Shown here: piece after piece, positions 1-10,264 of the stretch
How the letters are laid out: each line of letters opens with the position of its first letter
Numbering within the stretch: the first letter of the stretch is position 1
Assembly (NCBI RefSeq): GCF_963921235.1
Contig: NC_086097.1
Coordinates: 89,096,001 to 89,160,000 of the forward strand
Length of the DNA: 64,000 bases
Direction: 5' to 3'
Source: Mobula hypostoma
Lineage: Eukaryota
The notes under the pieces: generated by a model
Told to the model about the DNA's origin: nothing
The model's database searches: none
Seen by the model: only the letters and a program-made list of their open reading frames with translations
Program-made: the position numbers and the translations under genes

Positions 1-114
1 TGCAAAGTACCACATGGACTATTTTAGATTAAGTATTTCTGAAGAATAATCTGTAGGTTAGATCAGATGAAGGGGCAAAATTGTTGTGAAAACTCTGTCC
101 CATACAATCTGCCT

Positions 115-975
115 TCATCATGACAATTTCCAATAGCCTCTAGACAAGAGAGTGACTCCCTTGTCCATGTCCATTCCCATTGATCTCTCTTCTAGCACTA
201 TCCCTGCAGGAGGAACAAACGCTACACCTGTGTCCACATCTCCTTTCTCACCACCATTAATGGTCCTACCAGGTGAGGCAACTGTGGATCTGTTGTGGTA
301 TCTACTGTATTAGTGTTCCTGTTGCGGCCTCCTCCAAATGGGGGGGACCCGATGTAGATTGGGGCTTTTGCTCTGTCTGCCACCGATTTCAATTTGACTT
401 CCCATTCCCATTTTGACGTGTCAGTCCATGGCCTCCTCTACTGCCACAATGAGGCTTCAATCAGGTTGGAAGAGCAACACCTCATATTCCATGTGGGATG
501 CCTCCAGCCTGATGACATGAACATTGATTTCCCTAACATCTGGTAATTTCTTCACCCCCCCTTCTCTCTTTTTCCAATCCCCATTCTGGATCCCGTCATA
601 CCCCTTCTCTTCCGCTCACCTCGCCTGATTCCTTCCCTTCTTTCATTTCCCCCTTGGTCCACTGTTGTCTCCTATCAGATTCCTCCTTCTCCAGCCCTTT
701 TTCCATTTCCACCTATCACATCCCAGATTCTTACTTTATTCCCCCTCCCACATACACCCAATCTCCCCCTCACCTGGTTTCACCTATCACCTGCCAGCTT
801 GTACTCTTTCCCCTCCCCCAACCTGCATTATCATGGCTTCCTCTCCCTTCCTTTCCAATTCTCAAAAGAATGACTCCTGTCCATAGACGCTATCGGACCT
901 GCTGAGTTCCTCCAGCATTGTGTGTGTGTGTGTGTGTATGTTGCTCTGGATTTGTAGCATCTACAGAATCTCTTA
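115..975 (+). mobile_element. Degenerate Penelope-like element 3' fragment (GIY-YIG region plus 3' terminus)
   Basis: Residual coding ~400-546 reads SHSHFDVSVHGLLYCHNEASIRLEEQHLIFHVGCLQPDDMNIDF, like the C-terminus of Penelope GIY-YIG endonucleases. It ends in 'ccatagacgct..gacctgctgagttcctccagcattgtgtgtg', shared with other copies in the window. Confidence 0.75.
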
Positions 976-2057
976 TATTTCCCATTCCCTGACCATCCAT
1001 TCAAACAGACCCCATTCCTACCCAATCCTCTGTCCCAGCCCAATAGCCGTCTGTCTAGCTCTGTTGTTATGTGCTCCAATCCCTCTTTACCAATCTGAGA
1101 TGGTGGTACATGTTTTTCAGTTCCATTGAGATTAGGTGCATAGAGCACTTCAGTATTTATGTTTGTACTGGCTGGTTACTTGATTTTGTTTGTTGTTTAT
1201 TTATTTTATTTGTTGTTTTATAGCATTGAGTATGAGAATTGCAAACTCATTTTCGCTGTATTGGTGCATGACAGATTGTACTATGCAATGACAATAAAGA
1301 TATTTCATTTCATTTTGCAAGGAAACACTAGATGTTTCTAAGAAGCTTACTTCTCATTCAGACTGGATGTATTATTTAACTGCAGAGGTCAATTTGCCAC
1401 ATCATGGGATGAACCAGGTGGAAATTCTGAAAACAATTCCCCATATTCTCATATATTAAAGTGCTGCAGTTCTAGCCCACTCCTGGCCAATACAGTAAAC
1501 TTATCTTGCATCAGTCCCTCATTTTAGTGAGATTTTCCCAGCAGTATTACTGAGAGATTTCAAGTGATTACTCCTGTTATATTAATACTAAATGGCTATT
1601 ACAAATCATTGCAGATTACTCATAACTGAGGATTTAAACCAACCTATAGCTAAAAAGCTTTGACAATATTATTTTATATTTAGTTTTATATTTGTGGAAT
1701 TGCTAGCGCATTATAATTGAAGATCATCAACTAGGGAATCAGACCACCACTAAAAGGCTATTTGGCCCTTCAGATCCATGCTAGTGCCTTGAAAGAAGTG
1801 TTTAATTAGAGCAATGCCCTGTACTGACTGCTAAAATTATTTTTCAAAATTTGAAGCAGTTCAGTAGCTTCACGTAATGCTATTTGCATGTGTCGTTATG
1901 GTCACCACCCCACTGTCAACAATAACAGATTAATCAACAAATACAGCCATTGGTTAAAACTTGTGATCAAGTTGTTCTTACCTGTTGATGAAATGAGCTC
2001 AAACAAAGCAGCATTGTTACAGATTTGACACTCATGATGATGCATTACTAACTAACT

Positions 2058-2106
<49 letters not shown>
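2058..2106. repeat. (CA)n microsatellite
   Basis: Seen directly. Confidence 0.95.
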
Positions 2107-2110
<4 letters not shown>

Positions 2111-2400
2111 GATTGATAAGTTCGTGGCCTAAGGTAGAAGGAGTCAATTTTAGAAAACCTAGCACATTTATTTTTCAACATAGTCCCCTACTACATGTAC
2201 ACACTTAGTCCAGCGGTCATGGAGCATACAGATCCCTTCTTTGTAGAAGTCGGCGTCTTGGACCTCCAGCAAGTGGTCCACAGCAGGTGTGATTGATAGG
2301 TTTGTGCCCTAAGGTAGAAAGAGATGAGTTATACAGCTCTCGTTACATGCACGTGCAGTTCAACTCTTTGAGTGATTATGCAGAAAGTTTGAAGTTAATA
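2105..2400 (-). mobile_element. Mariner-derived non-autonomous fragment
   Basis: Minus strand ~2170-2250 encodes a mariner transposase C-terminus (..MLHDRWTKCVHVVGDYVEK*). The TIR-like 'gtgattgataagttcgtggcctaaggtagaa' occurs twice in direct orientation (~2109, ~2289). The segment is absent from unit B. Confidence 0.75.
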
Positions 2401-2754
2401 TATATAATATATCTAAAAGCCACAGGACTTATCACTTCCTTTCCCTCACTTTCACTTGGTCTTTCTCATTTTGACTTTAGGTACCATAAGTAGGGTGTCA
2501 CAAGCTTCATGTGGTAAGTGGTAAGTGGTAAGTGGAAAGTCAGTATAAATTGTCACCTAGTTCTGTACACATTGCCACTACCAAGGTAAATTATCACATA
2601 ATTACATGAACAATGCTGGAAGGCCAACGTAAATTGTCTGATTATTACATGTACATTCCCGCAAAAGCATTGCTAATTGTCACATGGTTCCAGGGACATT
2701 AACACGGCCAATGTATCTTTTGGACATGGGTTTATTATTGAACTGGAGAAATAA

Positions 2755-3128
2755 ATATACCAAAGCAACACATTACAAGATGCTGGAGGAACTTGGCAGG
2801 TGGGGCAGCATCTATGGAAAAGAGTAAATAGTCAACGTTTTGGGCCAAGGCTGATAAAATCCTGATCAGGACTTCGTCAGGACAATCAAATGAGCTAGCA
2901 TTGTTACAGATTTGACACTGCTAGTTATGATGCATGACTAACAGATATATAAAAAAGCCACAGGACATAACACTTCCTTTCCCTCACTTACACTTCCTCT
3001 TTCTCATTTTGATTTGAGTCTTTGTTTACTCTTTTCCATAGATACTGCCTGGCCTGCTGTGGTCCTCCAGTATTTTGTGTGTGTTGCTTTGGATTTCCTA
3101 CATCAGCAGACTTTCTTATGTCTGGAAA
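2755..3128. mobile_element. Inverted pair of Penelope-like 3' termini flanking ~128 bp of host-unit copy
   Basis: 2763-2830 is the reverse complement of 3022-3090. The middle (2885-3012) matches the duplicated host unit. Confidence 0.7.
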
Positions 3129-3499
3129 TCAATTCAGCACATCAGCAGAATGATCAAGGAAAAACTTCCACACAGCTTCATGTATCAAACTGCTGAAGAG
3201 CTAGCTCACTTCTAGCCAATAGAGTAAATTTACTTTGCATCTATTGAGAGATTACAAGTGATTACACCTCTTGTATCAATACTATACAGCTATTACAGTT
3301 GATAAATCAGTGCAGATTAGTCAGAAGTGAGGATTTAACAAAACCTCTAGCTAAAGAACCTTGTCAATATTCTACTTATTTAACTTTCTATTTGTGACTT
3401 TGCTAATATATTATAATTAAAGATTATCAACAAGGAACCTGTCACTTCTAAAATGGTGATGTGGCCCTTCAAACCATTTTGAATGAAGTATTTACGTAT

Positions 3500-3685
3500 C
3501 AGGGGTGGCCAACCTTTTACATTCCATGTGTTAATTTTTTCATGCACGAATTCAGATGCGATTTTTTCACACACGAGTTCTATATTAACGTATTTTTACA
3601 AGAATTGAATGGGTGTACAAGAGTTGTATGGCGCATCTGAACTCATGAGTGAAAAAAATTGACACATGGAATGTAGAAGGTTGAC
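3500..3685. mobile_element. hAT-type MITE (right end truncated)
   Basis: Starts CAGGGGTGGCCAAC. About 50-bp imperfect inverted repeats (caaccttttacattccatgtg...cagatgcg / cgcatctg...cacatggaatgtagaaggttg). Absent from unit A. Confidence 0.75.
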
Positions 3686-4273
3686 TTAGAGCAATGCCCT
3701 GTGCTGGCTGCTCAAATTATTTTTCAAAATTTGAAGTAATCTGTTTGCTTCACGTAATGCTATTTACATGTGTTGTTATGGTTACCATCCCATTGTCAAC
3801 AATAACAGCAAAGATTCATCAACAAATACAGCTGTTGCTCAAGATGTTCTTATTTGTCAAGGAAATGAGCCCAAACAAAGCAGCATTGTGACAGATTTGA
3901 CACTGATGATTATGATGCGTCACTAACAGATATATATATAAAAGCCAAAGGACTTATCACTTCCTTTCCCTCATTCCCTCGGAGATCAATCACTAGGACC
4001 GGTCTACGGTTTGAAAGACTGAGTGTGGTCTAATCAACGGCTTTCTGCGGGGGTTGGGAGGGCTGAGGGCTGGCTGCTGCAGGAGTGGCTGAGTGGACGA
4101 GGGAGTTAGCTGCTGGCTGTGGAGTGTTGTGAGGGACATTCTGTGGGAATATTGACCGACGGCCTGTATAGGTCCGGAGCGATATTCGTACACAGTCCCT
4201 TGCAAACTCTTATAGGATAGCAGGGAGGGAGACTGATGGTGACAGCAATAGCACGGAGTGTGAGTGGGAAGAG

Positions 4274-5338
4274 GTGGGGAGAGGGACAAAGAACAGGAAG
4301 ATGATGGGTGGGAAGAGAAAGAAAGAAGGAGGGTCTAAAGTAGGTGGATCGGAGAGTGAGGGAAGAGAAGAAGGAGGAGAGGGCCCGAGGGCAAAATTGC
4401 TAAATGTAGTGGTAAGATTTGAGGGGGAAGGGGGAGTAAAGAAAATTGATCCGCTTATGCTAACAAAAATCATTAGAGGACAAGTAGGGGAAGTGAACCA
4501 TGCAAGAATTTTAGGAGATGGAAACCTGCTGATAGGATGTAAAACTGAAGAGCAGATGGAAAGGGCAATGAAGGTGACTAATGTTCGGAAAGTCAAAGTG
4601 TTCAGGATTGTAAGAGTTGGAGTACAAAGGGTCAATGGTTGCAAGGGGGTGATATCTGGGGTTCCCCTCGGTGTTAATATGAAGGAGTGAGTGGAGAACT
4701 TGAGAGTGAGGAATAGTTCAGTGAAGAGTGTAAAAAGAATGACAAGGGGAGCAGAGAAAAGGGAGACTGAAACTGTTCTGGTAGAATTTGAGGATAAGGT
4801 GCCTCCAAAGGAGTTGTATTTTGGATTTCTAAAATACAATATAAGAGAATATATACTAAAACCTATGAGGTGTTTCAATTGCCAGGAGTTTGGGCATGTG
4901 GCCAAAGTGTGCAAAGGAAAGAGAAGATGTGCAAGGTGTGGTGGGGAACGTGAATACGGAAAATGTGGAGAGGGAGTGAGACCAAAGTGCTGTAATTGTG
5001 GAGGTAACCATAGTGTAGTGTACTGGGGATGTGAAGTGTTGAAAAAAGAGGTGGAGGTGCAGCAGATAAGGGTGAAGGAAAAAGTCTCATGTGCTGAGGC
5101 AGTCAAGTTGGCAGGACAGAAGAAAATGAATGAGGGAGGGTGTAGCGAAGAGCAAGCGGCAGCTAAAGAAAGGCAAGATAAGAAGAATGCATGGATAGAG
5201 AAGAAGAAATTGGTGATCTTTATAGCAGGAGTGGTAAACGCAACATATGACATCAAATCTAAAATTGAAAGGATCCAGATTATTGTGAAAGCTGCAGAGC
5301 ACCATTTGGATATGATAGGATTAAATGGGAAGAAGTAA
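4274..5338 (+). pseudogene. Nimb ORF1 (gag-like, three CCHC knuckles), disrupted
   Basis: CFNCQEFGHVAKVC, CARCGGEREYGKC (His lost), CCNCGGNHSVVYWGC; in-frame TGA at 4688-4690. Confidence 0.9.
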
Positions 5339-5399
5339 ACGATGAACTCAGGGCATGGTCAAGTCAAGAGACAGTATGTGTGGGTTGATATTACTGATA

Positions 5400-8300
5400 A
5401 TGCGACTTCTTCAATGGAATGCAAGAAGCCTGATTGCTTATGGACAAGATTTCAAGCAGTTCATAGCGAGTAGGAGAGAAAAGCCAGATATTCTGTGTGT
5501 ATCCATGAGACCTGGTTAAAACCTAATTTGGAGTTTGTTTTATATGGTTATGTGGCAGTAAGGCGAGACAGGAGAGAGGATGGAGGAGGAGGATGTGCAA
5601 CTTATGTAAAGCAAGGTATTCCTTATAGAATACTAGGTATAGGAAGTGAACAAGAGTATGTGGTAGTAAACGTATGGGCTGAAAGGAAAGAGTTGGTGAT
5701 TGTGAATTATTATAACCCATGCAAAAGACTAGAGTTAAACAAGCTTGAGGAGATAGAGGGGCAGAATAGTAGTAACGTTGTTTGGTGTGGTGATTTTAAT
5801 GGACATAATGTATTATGGGGGAGTGACAGAACAGACATCAATGGTCAGGTAATAGACGAGTTACTAGATGAGAAGTATTTAGTGTGCCTAAATGATGACA
5901 GTAGTACTAGAATTGATGTTAATACAGGTAAAGAATCTGTGCTTGATCTTACATTAGTATCAAACTCCATTACATCAGTGTGTGATTGGTTAGGGTACCA
6001 AGAAGGAACTGTAGGGAGTGATCATTACCCAATCTGGTGCAAGATAAATATTTCTGCCTCATTGGTCACAGAGAATACAGGTGGGAAATGGATCCTTGGG
6101 AAAGCCAATTGGGAGAAATTTCTGGAAAAAAGTGATAGATATCTAAGTCAGGTCAATGATGGAATGGACATAGAAACCACGACAGCATATTAAAACAAGG
6201 TATAATATCAACTGCATTAGAATCCATCCCTAAAAGTAAAGGAAGAATAAAGAAGGGAATAATACCATGGTGGGATGATAATTGTAAGGAAGCAGTGAGA
6301 AATAGAAATAAGGCATTTAAACTGGTTAAAAGAACTCATAACTTCCAACATATGATTCAGTACAAACAAGCTCAGGCAGTAGTAAGGAGGACAATAAGAC
6401 ATGCTAAAAGAACCCCCTGGAGAAAGTATTGTGATTCAATCAGAAACACAACTCAAGTAGGAGAGGAGTGGGGGATGATAAAAAGGATGGGAGAGGACAG
6501 GAGAGAGTGGAGGTACTCAGTTCTGGTTGATGGAAATGTGACTGCAGCAACAAATAAGGAAAAGGCAGAGTTGTTGGCAAACACTTTTGTTATGGTACAT
6601 AGTTCCGCTAATTTGTCTGAGAAGGGAAGAAGAGGTAGAGAGAGAACAAAAGCTGAAAATATGGGGGCTTTATGTAGGAAAACTAACCTTGACAGTGTGC
6701 AAGATGTCCCTTTCAGCATGGGAGAATTAAGAAAGGCACTAGATAAAACAGGAAAGACAGCACCAGGTAAAGATGAAATACGTTATTGTATGATAAAACA
6801 CTTGAGTGAAGGAAGTCTGGAGAAACTACTGCTTCTGTATAACAAAGTCTGGGATGAAGGGAGAATACCAGGGAGCTGGAAAGAGGCAATAATTATTCCA
6901 ATAAGGAAACCTGGGAAAGATGCCAGCAGGCCAGGAAACTACAGGCCAATTGCCTTGACGTCACATGTATGTAAACTTATGGAAGGTATGATAAATGAGA
7001 GGTTAGTGTACTTCTTGGAAAGTAGAGGAATGGTGGCTATGTATCACAGCGGGTTCAGGAAAGGAAGGAATACTATGGATCCAGTGTTGTGTCTAGAGGA
7101 TGAAATAAGAAAAGCTCAAGTAAATAAAGAGACAGTGGTTGCAGTTTTTTTTGATGTTGAGAAAGCTTATGATATGTTATGGAAAGAGGGGCTCCTAATC
7201 AAACTACATTTAATGGGAATCGGGGGGGGGCAATGTTCAATTGGGTTAAGGACTTTCTAAACGGGAGAACTATTCAGGTGAGGATAGGATCAGAGCTATC
7301 AAGCCAGTATGTTGTAGAAAACGGGATGCCTCAGGGGAGTGTAGTGAGTCCAACTTTATTCTCCATTTTGATAAATGATACATTCGTAAATATTCCAATG
7401 GAAGTGGGTAGGTCATTGTTTGCAGATGACGGGGCTTTGTGGAAAAGAGGGAGAAATATTGAACATATAGTTACGAAAATACAAGATGGAATTAATCAAG
7501 TCGAAGAGTTGGGGACAAAGTGGGGTGTTCAATTTTCAGTGGAGAAGACAAAAGCCATGTTCTTTACAAGGAAAAAGTTCAGGGGACTTAATTTGAAGCT
7601 GTATGGAAGTAACCTGGAGAGAGTTGAAAATTTTTGGTTTTTGGGAGTGCACTTTGACATGAGATTAACATGGAGAGAACATGTTAGATATGTAGTTACT
7701 AAATGTAAAAATGTGATAAATGTCATGAGGTGTCTTGCTGGATTGGAATGGGGTGCTGATTTTGCATCACTGCAGTATATTTATGTAGCATTAATAAGAT
7801 CAAGATTGGACTATGGAAGTATTGTATACCGGTCAGCAGCAAAATCTGTGCTAGCAGAACTGGATATCGTGCAAGCTCGGGCTCTAAGGGTGTGCTTGGG
7901 AGCGGTTAGAACTTCCCCAGTGTGTGCACTCCAAGTTGAGGCAAATGAAATGCCACTGGGGCTGCAGCATAAACAGCTGGAGGCCAATCACTGGATTAAT
8001 TTAAGGGGGCATGGTGATAGCCATCCGACAAAAAGGGTGCTACAGACATGCTGGGAGAAGTAGAGGTCGCAAAAAGAAAGTTTTGGATGGACAGGAGAGC
8101 AAACAGCAAAAGATATGGCTATATACAATAAAGAGTTTTGTCCAAGTGTGGTGTGGCCTGTCAGACCCTTCTGGGTATTAGAAAATCCCTCTATGGATTT
8201 GGAATTGCTTAAGATTAAACACAGTAATAAGACAGCTGATATACTCAGTGAATATCATAGTTACAGGGAATGTAAGTATGAAGGCATACAGATTTTTCCT

Positions 8301-9137
8301 GATGGATCAAAGGATCCAGAAATAGGTGCAACAGGGTCTGCAATTGTTGTACCAAGTTATCAAGTGGAAATTAGCAAGAGAACACCTGATTGTTAGAGAG
8401 TATATGCAGTTGAAATGTTTGCCATATTGTTAGCACTAGAATGAAGTGAGCAGGTTGATTGTAATAATATTGTGATATGTAGCGATTCTGCAAGCATTAA
8501 GACGGGTACAGCTAGAGGTCACCAGGATCTGCTTTATGAAATCCTGTTTGCAAATTCAAGACTGGCTAGACAAGGCAAAAATATCGCATTCATGTGGGTT
8601 CCAGCACATTCAGGTATTATGGGAAATGAGACCGCAGATAAGCTGGCAATAGCAGCAGTCAAAAAAGGATCTGTAGAGGTCAATATCAAACTATCAAAAT
8701 CAGAGGGGAAGAGCATAGTGTGGAGAAGGATAAATCAACAGTGGCAGCAGCATTGGGATAGAGCAAGAAAAGGAAGACATTTACATTCAATTCAGAACAG
8801 AGTAGATATGGGAAGAAGTAGGGGAGTGAAGTGAAAGGATCAAGTAATTATAAGTAGACTGAGAATTGGGCACAGCAACCTTAATGACACTCTGGCCATC
8901 ATAAATAAGCATCCAACAGGTTTTTGCGATCTATGTCAGGAAACTGAAACAGTAGAGCATATCCTTATTTCATGCCAGAAATTTGGACAGGAAAGGCAAC
9001 AAATGTTACAACAATTACGCAAAATAGGACTGGTAGAGAACCGTGTTAAAGGTTTATTGGAATGTGGGGAGAGTGATCAGGGGAGAAAATGGTTGTTTAG
9101 TTTTTTAAGGGCGATGGGACTGGAAAGACGGCTTTAA
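5400..9137 (+). pseudogene. Nimb ORF2 (APE endonuclease, RT, RNase H, CCHC), frameshifted
   Basis: MRLLQWNARSL; ETWL, GDFNGH, SDHYPI; NYRPIALTS, FFDVEKAYD, PQGS, LFADD; IFPDGSK, ICSDS, WVPAHSGIMGNETAD; CDLCQETETVEHILISC. Several frameshifts and stops. Confidence 0.92.
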
Positions 9138-9409
9138 AGTGAATGGACAATGAGGGACAATAAATCCTGAAGATGGCAGTAATGCAACAGTGTGGATGCC
9201 AACTGCCGTAAAAACTCAAAGAAGAAGAAGAAGAACTTCCTTTCCCTCGCTTTCACTTCCTCCTTCTCATTTGATTTTAGGTACTATAAGTAGGGTGTCA
9301 CAAGCCAGAATGTGGTAAGTGATAAATGGTAAGCTAGTATAAATTGTCACCTGGTTCCAGGTACAGGGATGGTGAATGTAAATTGTCACAGAGTTCCATG
9401 AGGGCATAG

Positions 9410-9880
9410 AATCATGGTGAGGGAAGAGGCACATGTAGCATTTGTCCCACTTGCAGGGTTAAATGTGGAAGAGGTGAAGGGGTAGGTGTAACAGTTCCCC
9501 TGCTTTGCAGGACATTTCAGTGTCCTTCCAGAAGAGGCAAAACTTCATCTGCGAGTCTATCTGGGTCATCTACTCTATCCAGTACAGTATCGTCTACTGT
9601 TTCCATCTATCAGCTCATAGATTCTCACTTCATCATCCCTCCCCATTCACCTTCGCCATCACCTGGCTTCACCCATAACCTGCCAGCTTCTACTGATTGC
9701 CCTGTATGCGCTTTCTTATTCCAGCTTCACCCTTTTCATTTCCAGTCCTGATGAAGAGTGTCGATCTGAAATGTTAACTGTTTATTCATCTCCATAGCTG
9801 CTGCCTAACCTTTTGCTTCTTCCAGTATTTTTTTGTGTTATTCTGTGCTTTAAACATCTGCAGAATTTCTTGTGTTTGTC
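9410..9880 (+). mobile_element. Rearranged Penelope-like fragment with hammerhead-like motif
   Basis: GIY-YIG-like remnant 'aacttcatctgcgagtctatctgggtcatctactctatc', a pyrimidine-rich 3' region, CTGATGA..GAAA at 9748-9771, and the shared terminal sequence. Confidence 0.65.
9743..9780 (+). ncRNA. Degenerate minimal type I hammerhead ribozyme motif
   Basis: cagtc-CTGATGA-agagtgtcgatct-GAAA-tgtt-aactg: both conserved boxes present, stem I cagtc/aactg has one mismatch, stem II aga/tct. Confidence 0.6.
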
Positions 9881-10264
9881 ATATAGATCTATGGACATTG
9901 CACCATACCCATTGTAATCTCTTACACACAGTGCTTATAAAAAGTAAAGTTTTCATGTTTTATTATTTTACAACATTGAATCACAGTGGAATTAATTTGG
10001 CTTTTTTTGACACTGATAAACAGAAAAAGACTCTTTCATGTCAAAGTAAAAATAGATCTCTACAAAGTGATCTAAATTAATTACAAATATAAAACACAAA
10101 ATAATTGATTGCATAATTACTCACCACCTTCAAGTCAGTATTTAGTAGATGAACCTTTGGCAGCAATTACAGTCTTGAGTCTGTGTGTATAGGTCTCTAT
10201 CAGCTTTGCACTTTTGGACACGGCCATTTTTCCCCTTTCTTCTTGACAAAACTGCTCAAGCTCT

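Larger units (their letters stand above)
1340..2720 (+). repeat. Local tandem duplication, unit A (host-like DNA)
   Basis: Collinear with unit B (2725-3972 plus 9249-9410). Shared blocks include 'ttagagcaatgccctgt', 'aattatttttcaaaatttgaag', 'cttcacgtaatgctattt' and 'ggacttatcacttcctttccctc'. Confidence 0.85.
3973..9234 (+). mobile_element. Near full-length Nimb/I-clade non-LTR retrotransposon
   Basis: Perfect 14-bp TSD ACTTCCTTTCCCTC (3959-3972, 9235-9248), (GAA)n tail, ORF1 with zinc knuckles, and ORF2 with APE-RT-RNase H-CCHC. Confidence 0.92.
2725..9410 (+). repeat. Local tandem duplication, unit B (interrupted by Penelope pair, hAT MITE and Nimb LINE)
   Basis: Homology to unit A resumes on both sides of each insertion; after the LINE, 'taggtactataagtagggtgtcacaagc' matches 2478-2505. 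Confidence 0.8.

Noticed and set aside
4210..5256. 348-aa antisense ORF
   Set aside because: Shadow of the purine-rich Nimb ORF1; no recognisable domain.
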